This document shows positions 11,085 to 24,033 of a stretch of 64,000 bases of DNA, piece after piece. How positions within the stretch are numbered: the stretch's first letter is position 1; every line of letters begins with the position of its first letter. The notes beneath the pieces were generated by a model that did no database searches, was not told the DNA's origin, and saw nothing but the letters and a program-made list of their open reading frames with translations. The stretch comes from Lama guanicoe (Eukaryota), in the NCBI GenBank assembly GCA_013239625.1, contig MU053520.1, forward strand, positions 959,103-1,023,102, read 5' to 3'. A program made the position numbers and the translations under genes.

Positions 11085-14000
11085 ATTATAAATTTATAAA
11101 TATTGATGATAGTGTAGGTCTAGTACGTATAAATTCAGATGACTTGGTTGCAGGTCTGAGTCTAGAATTAATTAGCCTTCTGATCTCAGGCAGGCATATA
11201 GCTGCCCCAAGGTTTAGGATTTTCACTGACAAATGGGATTAATAAAATGTTCCCTCTATTTCTTATGATTAAACTCAAAATGATCCCTGGCTTGGCCGTA
11301 CACTATCTGTGGGATTCTGGATGGATCACTTTACCTCTGGGTCCTCAATATCTTCATCTCCAAAATTGGGATTGTGTTACTAGATCAGTGGTTCTCAATC
11401 TCTATTCTGAATCAGAACCCTTGAGGGCAAAGTAGGCTCAGGGGATGGTGGGGTGGGATGGAGGGAAGTGTAGTTAACATGCAGGGAGGTCCTGAACCCT
11501 CTTCCTTGCTTCACCCACGTCTTATGTTTGTGTATTGGATCCTTGTTTGAGATTCTTTCACAGCCAAATATATTTTAAAGCACAACTCTGAATTCAGAGC
11601 TAGCTCACAATTCTCTAAATCTAATTCACAGGATTGTCAGGTTCAAATTAGATAATGGTTGTTAGTGTGTTTTGTAAAATGAAAAACTAACAAGCTGAGT
11701 GTCCTTGGAAGGATTATAATAGGGGCTTAAATTTTCTCAGCTTGCAGAACTTCATTGGTCTTGCCTTGCTTTCTCTTGCCCTTGCACCCTTATGCTGCTC
11801 ACAAAAGAACCCACAGTTTCCTGATCATACCGTTTCACCAGACTCTTTGGTCCCAACCAAATGCTGGCCTCAGCCAATTTCAACAAAAGTAGAACATACA
11901 TTCATAGTATCCCTGCTTCTTACCCTTTTCCATCTGGCAGGTCTTAGAAAATAACCACCTGCCTCCACTGGGAATATGAGTGTTCAGGGAAGATTGCTGG
12001 GTCCCCATAGTAATTATCCTAACCTCTGCACAAAATTGAGTCTGTGGCAGTTAGTCCTTCCTTGAACAATACATCAAAGTGAGCAGTTTTGTCAGTGTCC
12101 TGCTCAACTCACCCTTCTCACACCCACAATGCCTCTCCCCTGATGATTCTCAATATGAAAAAGCCCAGCTTTGAATCTAGCCATCCTATACTGGCAGTAG
12201 AGAAGAACTTGTTCCACACGTGTGAATTGGAATGACTTGTGAAGGCTGAGTTCAACAAGTATACAGTTTATAATGGGCCTACTAGGCATCAGTTTTACAG
12301 GTACACAGATGAATAGGTAGTGACTGGTCTTGATGAGCAGGGAAACTCAAGAAAGAGCCATACACGTAGTTACTGTACATACACTGCAGTAAACAGAGGT
12401 GAGAGTCTACGCAGTGTGTCATGGAGTGTGTTATATCCTTAGCTTTTGGATGCTTTCAGTAAGTTTTGTGGAAACATACAAGTTGGGTCATGAAAACTAA
12501 GTAAGAGCTAGCCGAATAAGGAAAGTTGGAATGGATTTTTTCAATCGAGGCAATAGCATTGACTATAAAGTGGGCAAAAACTACAATCAGGCTGTTATTC
12601 GTGAAGTCTATGCAGAATGACTGGGAACTTAGCTCAAGAATGACATTGCGTCTTGGAGGGAGTTTATGCTAATGTTAAAGCATTTGAACTTTATTCTCCA
12701 AGTTATAAGAGGGCCCTTGAAGCATTTTAAGCTGAGAAGTAATCTACCTTCACAAATTCTGCGTATTTTTACATATGTCTTGAAATTGTTGTTTGGGTAA
12801 ACCTCTGCTTCTAATTTGCTATTTACATTTGCACATCAAGAGATTTTCTATAGAAAAGCACATGCAAATTATACAATACCACTGCTATAAATGCAACTGC
12901 TCTGGAAACATTTTGCAAAAACTGCTGTGGAATATTTTAAAGCATATACGTTTATTTTGAAATCCAGATTCCTGAATGTTAACCTCTTTCTCAATGTTTG
13001 CAGTGATCCTGTTCTTGGCAAACACATAGCTCATTTACTAAGGCTTGCATTTTACTGACACTGGCTTAACAAAGCACTCGAGGCTTTCGTTTACATTTCT
13101 CACTATGCCATTAGAATTATGCAGATCTGTTCTGTCACTGACATTGCTCTACCTAATTATTTTTATTTTATTTTGCATATTCATTTGAGCATTGGATTCA
13201 TTTTCTTCAGCCTATTCTCTGACTTTGAAGTGTTTGGCAGTCCCTTCACACATTTTTGATACTTCTTCCCTGACTAGATTCTAAAATATAGCAGTTGGCT
13301 ATCTTTAATAGAGTGGTTTGGAAGTTTTTTACCCTCTGCCTTTGTAGGTTGAAGTGATGGCATCTCAATATCTTCTCAGGTGTGTTAACAGGAAGAGGAT
13401 GATAAAAGTCTAGCCTAGTTCTTCCTCCCCAGTTCATTTCCCTGTTTTTTTTTTTTTAAACCCCTGCCAGCCCCTTTCCCATGTCCATTTGAATAGTGTA
13501 AAAAGAAGACTGAGCTAAATTCTTTCCTCCGTTCCATCTCCACACACGTTCTGCAGCTTGTCCCCACACCACTTAGGGTAATCTCATCCGAGGAAAGAGC
13601 TATTTTGACTGACCTCCAACACTGAAAGAATGGCAAGCCACCAATATTTCACTCTTGTAAGCCACAGCTTCAGAACAAGATCTGAATAATAGAATAATAA
13701 TGACGATGATAATGAAAATAACAGTAACACCTACCAGAGATTGAGCAGATGGTTATGACTTGCATAAACGATCTCTTAATTTTTGCAACAATCTTACAAA
13801 GATGTCATTAAGGTTATATCAAATATGCAGAAGGGTAAGCTATGTTTATTCACATTAAATAATGTTTCCCACATCAGAAAACTAGTAAGTAGAAGTGCTA
13901 GTATTCATCCCCAGTCTCTCTGACTTTAAAGCCTGTTTGGTTAGCCCCAACCTAGGTCTGCTCTGCAATCCGTACCTTCAGACATTCATTGATTCTTTCA

Positions 14001-14234
14001 ACAGGTAGCAGATAGCCTACCACTGGGGGGAGTTAGAAACTGCAAAGGATGCAAAGAAAGTAACACCTGCTCTGCTCATACAGTTCAGCAAATTAGCACC
14101 ATACAAGACAGAAAAAGAAACACTAAGACAGCAAATGTAGAATATCTGTTGCCAGAGGTCCAAGGAAGAGATTCCCCAGCTGGGTGCCTAGAAGGGCTCT
14201 TAGCTATGCTGCTTCATTAATACTCCGAGAAATC

Positions 14235-15545
14235 TGAACTGAAACTACAAGTAAATGTCCCTACACATCAATCAGATTGGCAAAGATTTTAAAGTCTACT
14301 ACTACGAAGTGTCAAAGATGTGGTGTAAAATGAGTTTTGTAGAATCAATTTTCCATAATCTAGAAAAATTGAAGAGGCATATACCTTAGGATGCAACAGT
14401 TCTTCTCCTAGGATATCCCAGAGATGCTCTTGCAAAACTCTATTAAGAGAAACATACAAGTATGTTCACAGAAGTGTTAGGTGGTTAGATAAGTGGGCTC
14501 GCCAGGCAGACAAGTGGAGGAAAGGGAGGATGGTCTGGAAGATGGCAGTATGCCCACCTTCAGCATGAGGGGCTTTACTTCCTCTAACTGAGTGCTAGCA
14601 AAATACTGGTTAGAACCCAATAGTCATGACTGCACAGTAGCAACAGGGACCTAACTGGACATGGCCCAATGCTCATTGTAATATAATTAGCATTGTGGTT
14701 TAGCCCCCTCCTCACCAACCATGGTGTTTTCTGTGTGTATCATAAGTAAGGCCATGCACAAATGGGGGTTGGCATGACTAAGTGCTCAAGGGGCAAGAGC
14801 CATCAATCAATCAGGAGACCACCTCAAAGCAAGGGTATAAGAGAAAGGGACAAACAAAGACCATTGCTACCCTCCCTTGGATCAGCCCTCCTTCCACTCC
14901 TGGAGCTGTACTTTCACTTTGCTAATAAAATCTTTAAAATCTTTCACTAGACAATACTTTCATCTCCTGTCTGACTTCTTCTCTTTTGGGGAAGACAAGA
15001 ACTGAGGCTTTTGCCTTTCCCCTTTTGGGATAACAGAAGTATTATTTGCAATAAGCCAAAAATTGGACAACCTAAATATCCACCAGGAACAGACTTGATA
15101 AAGACAAAAAAGTGTGATACATTTCTGCAATGGATTTAACTGTAGTAATTAAAACGAATGCACCCTAACTAGTGCCTTGTCATCAGTGCATTTCACAAAC
15201 AATAGTAAATGAAAGAAGCAGATCACAAAGTAACCCAGAGTGATTCCCACTACATAAAATTTTAGAATAGGCCAAATCAAGCTATTTTTTTAAGGATGCA
15301 TGCATATGTGGTAAAACTGGTTCTCACAAAGGTCAAGCCGTTGAAGATCTCTATTACAAAGGCAGAATGAAGTGCACAGAAGCTTTGTGTACAACGGATG
15401 GTACACAATCTCTTAAGATAGATGGTAGATACACAAGTAATTTCCAATTAGTCTTTATGCTTCATAATTGTCTTTTAAATTGTCTTCATGTGACAAATGT
15501 CATTCTATGTGCAAAGGATTTTTCAAATACACCCAATTTTTTTTT
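14235..15545 (+). mobile_element. old L1 (L1ME-like) ORF2-end/3' UTR fragment split by a solo LTR
   Basis: ATCAGATTGGCAAAGATT, CTTCTCCTAGGATATCCCAAGAG, ATGTTCACAG|...|TATTATTTGCAATAAGCCAAAATTGGACAACCTAAATATCCA. Confidence 0.7.
14475..15035 (+). mobile_element. complete ERV1-class solo LTR (561 bp)
   Basis: TGTTA...TAACA termini, 4-bp TSD GAAG (14471-14474, 15036-15039), TATAA 14836-14840, AATAAA 14924-14929. Confidence 0.88.
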
Positions 15546-17569
15546 TTAAAGACAGCTAAGAGTTTGTAGTGGGATTACTATTTATGTAAGCACCAGAAAA
15601 CAAGACTTTGGCATTACAGAGAAGGGTAAAAGGTGCCCTAGGCAAAAGTTCTGTGCAACTACTGCTACTACTAATTTAGGTTGTGGTTGTTATAAAATAT
15701 GGGATGAATAATCAGAATCATTGTGGAGATGAAGCCCCTGAATAATTAATATGGGTGTGAATGGGACTCAGTGGAGAGGTAACATAGGCCAGAACATAAC
15801 CCAGATTGTGGGCAGGGAAGAAACTAAAATCAACAACATCAAATGTTTTTGCAATAATATCTGCCCAGTGGAAGAAGTTCTAAGAATGTGCCTGTGATAA
15901 AGTAACATCCATTTTACAAAGAGAGGAGAGGGCGATGTGGTAGACGTGAGTCCATTTGAGGATCGTAGCCTTGAAAATGTGTTAACAGTCTCAAAGCATA
16001 TGTCATGTCAATATTTAGTACATGAAAGAAGAGGTGGTTATGTAGCATCATGAGAACAAATGAGGTCAATATTATGATACAGAGAGTATAGGCCTTCTGA
16101 GAAAAAAATCCCCAATAAAGCCAAAAAAGGAGAACAAAGGGTGTTTTCAGACATTTAAAGTTTAAATATAGAAATGATGGGAAGTAGATGTTGTTCTAGC
16201 AGGGACCAAAATTCATGAAGTTCCCATGGCAGCAAAGAAACAGCACAGGCAGCAGCCTGGAGCTCACGAATCTTAAATGTTTCCAAGGGTCAGAGAAAAA
16301 GCAGTGGTAGGAAGTGTAATTAAAAAGGATATAGGTACTCAGAATCACATTTTGTGAATGAGTAGCTCAGATATGCCTCCTGAAGTCAGCCTTCAGGATG
16401 TGACTCAGACCACCAGACTGGGACTCCTGATGGCCAACTGCTTTGGGTGAGGCAAAGGGAACTGCTGGCTGTCCTCTGGCCAAGAGATGGCCTCACACAA
16501 TGTTAAAAGCCTTGGACTTCATCCTTACTGCTCAGCATCCTTTCAGTTTTGGTATCACATTAGCCCTTTCTCAGTGTGATGTCATGAACCGGGAGTGGTA
16601 GGGCATGGAGCACACGGTGATTTCTCCTGTCTGTCCCTGAGTGTGGTGGAATTTAGGCTTTCATTTTGAAAGCGGTATCATTTCATTTCAAAGGCACACA
16701 AAGCTGAATTAACACACAGGTGTGGATTTTAAAATCTCATGAAATAAGTGAAGTCATTGTATTCAGTGAGTTCTCAATGTTTTCATGAAGCATATTAACA
16801 AAAATTATGTTTCACAATCATCACACTGAGCTACTACTCTCTGTTACACTGCAGTGTCACTGGATCTGAATGAAAAGCTCCTAATAAAATTATGTTATGG
16901 TAATATTATCAATAATGACATAATTACTGTGACAGTCATCACAATATGAGGGAATTCATTCTAAAATGTCACTACGCAGTCGAACAAGTTGAGTGTAAAT
17001 AAAAAGCCATCATTTGTAGCCTATGAGCAATTCTCTGCTTAATTTTTCATACTGCAATTTGCAGTAAAAATGACAATAGTGAGACTCATATTTTACTTGA
17101 CAAGAGGAAAGCTGAACTTTCTCTATTATCTGTCACTGAATCTACCCATTCGCTTAGCATCTGCTATTTAAGTGGAGAGTTGCACTACGTGGTGATCAAA
17201 ACTTACCATGGATTTGTTCATCTTTTTGCCTCCAAATGGCATCCAGAAGCCTAGTAAGACATTGTGTCCTCTATTTATGCAGGCTCAAGCAGAACGCCAT
17301 CTCTCCTTTGATGGACATCTGGCTACACAAAGACTGAACCAAAGCTTTGTCATGACTGCTATTCTATACTTGGTCAACCTCAGTGCTGAGAGTGTCCCAG
17401 TCATATCCTTAAATAAATCATTATTGCCTCCTTTTTAAATATATGAGCCACTTAAAAAATAAGCAAAATTGGGAGAATGGTAACAATGAATCCTATTCAT
17501 TCAGTGTGTACCTATCACCCAGCATAAACAATTAGCAGCATGTATCTGACCTCCCTCCTCTGTAATCCT

Positions 17570-17760
17570 CTCCACCCTGTTCTCTCACTTAACAGCTGCA
17601 ACAAACCTGTGGGCTAGAGTCCATCATTACCTCAGTTTTACAAAGTAATTGATGCTTTCAAAGGTTAAATAATTTGGTGAAGGTCACACCTAGTGAGTGT
17701 TAGACTGGGGATCAAAGACAGTTTTCTCTATTCCAGAGTCTTTCCTCTGGTCTGCTTTTT
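17570..17760 (-). mobile_element. MIR fragment
   Basis: GGTTAAATAATTTGGTGAAGGTCACAC...AGACTGGGATCAAA core. Confidence 0.6.
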
Positions 17761-17824
17761 ATTGAGTTCCATGAAAATTAGTGGTATCTGGAGCCTTACG
17801 AATTGCCATATCAGTCACAGCACT

Positions 17825-18240
17825 GTCATATAATAGATGGTGCACTTAAATTGGGTGATTTGAGGAAAGGTTAATAAAGTGACTATTTTCAAAGGACTAA
17901 TGAAGTTCCAGGAGTTAGTAAAATCAGGAGGCAGTGCCATTAACTCTAGGCCCAGACAGGAAGGAGAGTGAGTGGTTACAAGAACCCAGGTTCAGAAACG
18001 GCTGTGTTTTCAGTCACTTGATAGGAGCCCCTTCATTCAGTTAAGGGACATGGTCACCGTGGATGAGTCCAGAAAGAGTGCCCCGGGCTATCTCGCACTC
18101 CCTTCCTTTACTTCCTTACTTATGAAGTGGAAACCCAATCAATTGCCAGAGGTCAAGGAAGCACACTGATAGAGCCCACACACATCAGCCTCACAGGGCA
18201 CAGGGCACAGAGTTCGAAGGGCAAAGAGGATGCTCAGCCC
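17825..18240 (-). mobile_element. old MaLR (MLT1K/L-like) fragment
   Basis: ATAGATGGTGCACTTAAATTGGGTGATTTGAGGA...GAAACCCAATCAATTGCCAGAGGTCAAGGAAGCACACTGAT...CAGCCTC. Confidence 0.55.
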
Positions 18241-18669
18241 AATTGTTTATCTATAGTCAGGGAAGATGTGGTGGGTTAATGTGACCCTCTCCTTACCAGA
18301 AATTTAGGAATCTTGGTAAAGAAAACAATGATGGTTATCCTTCATTTAAAAAAAAACTGTATTATTTATTACATTGGTAAAGCAGACAAATTTTTCAATA
18401 ATTTCTACTAATCATTAAATCAAAATCCAAGTCAGCTAGTGACACATGACACTTGACACTTCAAGCAGCAGTAAGTACCTACAGAGTATACAACACATTA
18501 TACATCCTTAGTAAATGTTTGTTGAATACATGTTGATATAGAATAGTCCAGCTGGATTTGAAAGACCGTGCTTATGACATCAGGGAGGAATGGAAACAGA
18601 ATGCAACAGCCCTGTTCCTTTCGGATTCCATCGGTGAGCCTTTGGCAGACGTTTATTACGGGGGCTTTG

Positions 18670-18840
18670 TCCCAGCTGCCTTTCAGAATTCCTGGGGGGG
18701 ATGTAAACACATGAAGATGTTTAAATCCACCCAGCCACACCCACTCAGTCAGAATTACCAGACAGAGGGCGTGGTATCTATACTTATTAAAGCCCGAGAG
18801 GGGATTATCAAGCTTAACTAGAGTGAAGAAGCCCTGATTT
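18670..18840. mobile_element. MER5-like hAT MITE remnant
   Basis: CAGAATTCCTGGGGG...CCCAGCCACACCCACTCAGTCAGAAT pattern. Confidence 0.45.
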
Positions 18841-19861
18841 TGCCTTGAACCTCTTGATAATAAACACATGATTATCTAAGAATCTGAATGCAGTGAGAAA
18901 GAGGAACTCCCAGATGACTTTTCCAGACTGTGGTCTCTCTGAAGGTAGAGCCCTGTGCCTCTTTCATTCACTTATATATTCCAAATACCTAGAACAGTGC
19001 CCGCAATGGATATCCAATAATACTCTGTAGAGTGAATGAAATGGTTTAATTCCAACATGAGCTAACGCATACAAGTAACTTAGCACAATCACCACCAAAT
19101 TGTGGCTTAACAGCAATTTAATCTCTTTTATTCTTCTAATTAATTGATTACACATCAATCTTTCATTACTAATAAATCATCCACACTCTCCCTTTTGGCA
19201 TTTCTTAGTCCAGTGACATATCCAAACATGAGGCAGGGAGAGAGGAATGAAGAATCGTGTAACTACCACTGATTCTCACAGCTGTCTGTCATTTGTATAG
19301 TCCTTTACAGTCAGTGGAATGGATACTGCTTGTCCATCTCTAGGTAATGTGCTTGCTGGTCCAAGTTTGTGCACTATGCACAAAAATTCCTCTTTGTCTG
19401 TTTCCTATATTGCATATTCTTAAGCCTGTCAAAGCTTTACATATACCTGCACAGCCAGGTCATAAGGAGCATCAATGCTCCACTTAAAAGAGCCCTTCCT
19501 CATGAAAGGCTGGCACCCTGTGTGGCTCCTATGGCACCAGCTCAGATGCTTCTTTCCCACCTTTTTACCACTTGCTTAGTAATTTCTTCAGAAAAGTTCA
19601 TTTAGATCCCTGTTTCCTCTCATCTCTCCCCTCCTACAAAGAGCTGTATTTCATAGGTTCCAGAGGCAAAAATAATTTGAAATATCTGCTGTTGGCTATT
19701 ACCTAACAATTTAAGTCTCTAATATACACTGGAAAGTATTATTTAGTGAATGCTGACTACACATCAGATGTTAGGCACCCTAAGGTAGTGTTTATAAAAA
19801 CGTGTTTTGTCTGTCACTATTTTGAAAGGCTTTAGCTTGTGCTCAGATTCCCTGATCCACA

Positions 19862-20160
19862 CACTGTATGATTCTATTTGTATGATCGGTCTGGAAGAAG
19901 CAAATCGATAAAGACAGAAGGTAGATTAGTGGTTGCCAGAGAGATGAGAACACTGGCTGGGGAGGGAGGGGGTTGGCGGGTAGGGGGATGGTAGGTGATG
20001 GCTAATTGTTGTGGGGTTTCTTTTTGGGATAATGAAAATGCTCTAGCATCTAATTGTGGTGATGGGTGCACATCTTGTAAATATGCTAAAAGCTGGTGAA
20101 TTTAAATCAGCTAATTGTATGGTATGTGAATTATATCTCAAAAATGATGTTATATAAATA
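19862..20160 (+). mobile_element. L1MB/ME 3'-end fragment, apparently within a MER103C-like element (~19785-20375)
   Basis: ACTGTATGATTCTATTTGTATGA...GTAGATTAGTGGTTGCCAG...GGTATGTGAATTATATCTCAA. Confidence 0.75.
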
Positions 20161-22377
20161 GAAAGAATTCCCTAATAAGCTTGGAGGCACTCATAACTAA
20201 AACACGTTGCCATAATAAAGTTCTGAGAAACCCGACAGTGAAATATAAACAACCATGGTTAAACTTACCTGCCCATGGCCCGACTTCTTGTTTATTTTGC
20301 TTTACTATAGCCACTCAAATCCTTGACAGTTCCCACCTAGCATTTTCCTAAACACCAGTTTGGGAAGTACTACACATATTTGACAAGAACTCATTTAATC
20401 TTTACAACAGTTCTTCATGAAAGAAGTTATTCCTATTTTAACAGGCAAAGTAATGGAAACTCAGAGAGGTTAATCAATTTGCCCAAGACATCAGAGAGTA
20501 TCCAATGAAGATAAGGTGTGACCCCAGGTTCCCACACACATCTATGTGATTGAATGAGAAGCAGACATTAAAAATATGATGCAATGCTATGTATTCATGC
20601 GGAAGAGATCTACAATAAATCTTAGGGAGGCAGTAGGCAATCATATTGCTTATATATTATATATTTTTCAAAAAGTATATATTTGAATGTGTAAATGTCT
20701 ATGGGTATTTGTGTGTGTGTATGAATATGCACTAAAGAGGTGGTGGTGTTACAGACTATTTTCAATTTGGGAGTATATTCTAATTTTTCAACAAAATGCA
20801 TGCATTAGTTGTAAACAAAGAATGAGACTAAACAATCCTCCCCTCCTACTTCCCACCCCCGTCTCCTATTTCCTATAAGGACAAAAAGCATCTTGAAAAT
20901 GTTTTACGTGTTAGAGATGCAGCTAGGAATCCAGAATGTTCTTTTTCAGGAATATGAGAATTTTAAGTTCTCCGTCTGATATCTCAGATTGACCCTGATT
21001 TTGATATTTTTGTTTTTAACTTTAAAATTCTGCTTCCTCTTCCACAGAGATAATGAAACGTAGAATCTTTATTTTCTTCTTATAGTTGATAAGTTGCGGT
21101 AATATAAAAAGCACAAAGAAAATCAGAGTCAGAGAGACCATAAGTGAGAAGCAAGTCAAGCCTTTTCATTTTAGAGATGAGGACGATAGAAGTCCAGAGA
21201 GGTTAAATAATTTGTCCAATCTCACACAGCTTGCTGGGAGAATGAAAGCTAATCTTCACGTCTCTCAGTTCCCAGCCCAGCCCTCTTTCTCCTAAGTAAC
21301 ATTACGTCCCCAAGAAAACTTGATTTGCCACACAGTCCCACACTAATTAAAGGCATTCACACTTCCTCTTTACGTGGGCAAAACCTTGTCAGATGGTACC
21401 CAGCAGGGACCTCAAGACTAAGGCTTCCAGAGTGGCAGGAATGGATGCTTTTAGTTGTCCCTCTATCCCAATAAACAACAGAACAAGTGTTTTCAATATT
21501 GGTTCTGTGGAGGAACATGCCATGCTAATGTAGTGTCGCATTGTGCCTGCCAAAGAGAGATTTCTGGGCCCTTGTTCCAATCCTGGACACTGGGTGATGT
21601 GCTTTAAAGCTGGGTTGCAAAACCTCCCTCCTATAAGTTGTTGCCCCCTTAAGATTTTCCTTCATATAATTCTGTGATTGGTTTTGTGCTTCATCGGAGA
21701 AATGCAAGGAGCTCAGGAAAGCTGAAAACTATAATGCCTGTGAGTTAAGGGATTTTACTTTTTGCATTATAGCCATCAAGTTTTGATTCAAGATGCAGAA
21801 CCACTGGATAGCTAGATAGATAGATGACAGATATATAAAATTTTTTAATGCAGCTTGATTTTTTGGAACTGATCTGACAGTCACAGATGGCTAAGCCTCA
21901 GTCTTATTACAAACTGACCTGATGTTTATAAAAAAAAAATCGTATTAGTTCCCTATTAGGTATAATCTCACAGAACACCTACTTCAAACAAGGTCATTGT
22001 ACAACACAAAATATCAAGAATTCCCCTCATTAAATGAGTGACTACTGCTTAAGTTTAATTTCTGCTTTTTTATTCCATCCTTATAGATAAGATTTATTAA
22101 AAATTTCCAATCATAGAATTATCTTTCCTTTCCAATAATTCAATTTATATCTAACCTCTACTTCCTGAGGCTCTCCCCAAAATTATTCAACCAAAGCCCA
22201 AGTCCTTTCACCGATCTTTCTAATATCCTCTCACTGAGATAACCCACATTTCTCCATGGTATGTATATACTCTCTCAGTGCCGTGAATAAAAACACAAAT
22301 TCTTCAACTTCAGGTGTTCCTGTGGGCTTGGCTGAAGAGCACGGATTTTGCATATACTGTCTCTCTATGTAGATGTA

Positions 22378-22577
22378 TAATTGACTCTTGAATAATGCAG
22401 GTTTGAGCTGCATAAGTCTACTCACAGGTGGGTTGTTTTCAATAAATACGTGCTACAGTACTGTGTGATCCAAGGTCGATTGGTTCTGCAGATGCAGAAC
22501 CACGGATACAGAGAGAGGATTTTCAGCTGCACTGAGGGTCGATGCCCCGAGCTCCTGCATTGTTCAAGGGTCAACTG
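22378..22577. mobile_element. Tigger2/MER8-like TcMar MITE
   Basis: Terminal inverted repeats (TAA)TTGACTCTTGAATAATGCAGG ... CCTGCATTGTTCAAGGGTCAACTG, preceded by TA. Confidence 0.8.
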
Positions 22578-22600
22578 TGTATATTTCCATATATAAAGAT

Positions 22601-22644
<44 letters not shown>
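22601..22644 (+). repeat. (GATA)11 microsatellite
   Basis: Direct reading. Confidence 0.95.
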
Positions 22645-22659
22645 TAAAGGTAGACAGAT

Positions 22660-22865
22660 AGATTTATTTTTGTTACAGAGATTTGACCTTGCACAATCAT
22701 GAAAAGCTGGTTTAATAGTCTCTGTGACGTGGTTCTCTGCCCACCTGATGCTGGATCTTGAAGGGCATAGGACAGGCAGTTGGGAAAGAAAGGGGGATAC
22801 AAAGTGGGTGACAGCAAGAACAAGCTGAATCTTTGGGGACAGCGATACAAACTCATGCTTAGCTT
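22660..22865 (-). mobile_element. MLT2-like (ERVL) LTR fragment
   Basis: GTTACAGAGATTTGACCTTGCACAATCATG...AGCAAGAACAAGCTGAA following a GATA/TA tract. Confidence 0.5.
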
Positions 22866-22899
22866 TATATAGATACCGATGGTCTCCTACAGAAATATG

Positions 22900-23795
22900 C
22901 ATATATGTATCTCTATCCACTGGTTAGTATACACACAAATATCTTCTGGCCCATCAGCTGTGATAGCCAAGAAGCAAAAATACCTCAGTAGCAAAGAGGA
23001 CACCTAGTGTCCAGATCTTGGTTTGTAACGCCACTCTCTAGCACAAGGAACCAGAAGTCCTTGGAGAAGCGGTTTGTTCTAGGACTGGGGCAGAAATATA
23101 CAGTATGAGCCTGGGGCTTTTGGTGCTAAAAAACAAGAAAGTGCTCCAGAAATCACTCTGATGGGGATATGTTAGTGACACAGCAGCCACTGAAAGAACT
23201 CCTAACAGCCAACGCTGGCAACAAAATCAAGTAGTATTGAATTATAACACAAAGAATGAAGTAAATATGTATGAGTCCATACTAATACAAGTTAAATGAA
23301 CAAAAAACATGGGGAAGAACAGATAAATCTCTCATGCAGAAGGATTCTGAATAATGGATGTAACTATTTTGACTTTTAGGAGGTAGAGCTTAGCTCTCAC
23401 TCCCAAGTGTGAGCTGAGCATGGTGGCTTCCTTTCAAAGCATCCAGTATAGATGGCAGAGGAAAAAAAAGTACTTTCACAGTGATTAAGCCTGCCAAATA
23501 TGACCTCAACCCAGATAATAAAAGCTAACAGCTGTGATAAGTCATATTGATAGTGTATACACTTGAAATTATGTGATGAGAATGCTAATTTACCTCGATG
23601 TTCTTCCTCCCCCAAACCCATGGCTCTAGAATAATTATGAAAAAGAAAAATTAGAAAACCCCAAGAGAAGAAACAGTCTACAAAATACTTGATCAGTACT
23701 CCCCAAAACTGTCACAGTTACCAAAAACAAGAAAAAATGAGGAACTGTTCTAACCCAGAGGAGCCTAAGGAGTTATTATTACTAAGTGTATTGAT
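22900..23795 (+). mobile_element. L1MD/MC-type 3' UTR fragment
   Basis: CACCTAGTGTCCAGATCTTGGTTT...AAGGAACCAGAAGTCCTTGGAGAA...AGTCTACAAAATACTTGATCAGTACTCCCCAAAACTGTCA. Confidence 0.75.
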
Positions 23796-23890
23796 GTACT
23801 GACTCTTTTAAGTTGTGAATTTCTCAGATTGTCTGGGACTGGTCTCTGTACAATTTTTGAGAAGAGGAATCATACACAGCTTTTTGGTGC

Positions 23891-24033
23891 TTTTTTTTTG
23901 TGGAGAGAAAGGTAATTAGGTTTTCTTACTTATTTATTTAAAAAATTTGTGTTTATAAAAAGAGGTGTTGGGGATTGAACCCAAGACCTCTTGCATGCTA
24001 AGCATGCATTCTACTGCTGAGCTGTGCCCTCCC
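23891..24033 (-). mobile_element. tRNA-derived SINE, Vic-1-like (camelid)
   Basis: T tail, AGGTAATTAGGTTT.CTT.TTTATT, then GGGGATTGAACCCA.GACCT...CATGCTAAGCATGC..TCTAC..CTGAGCT (antisense B/A boxes). Confidence 0.85.
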
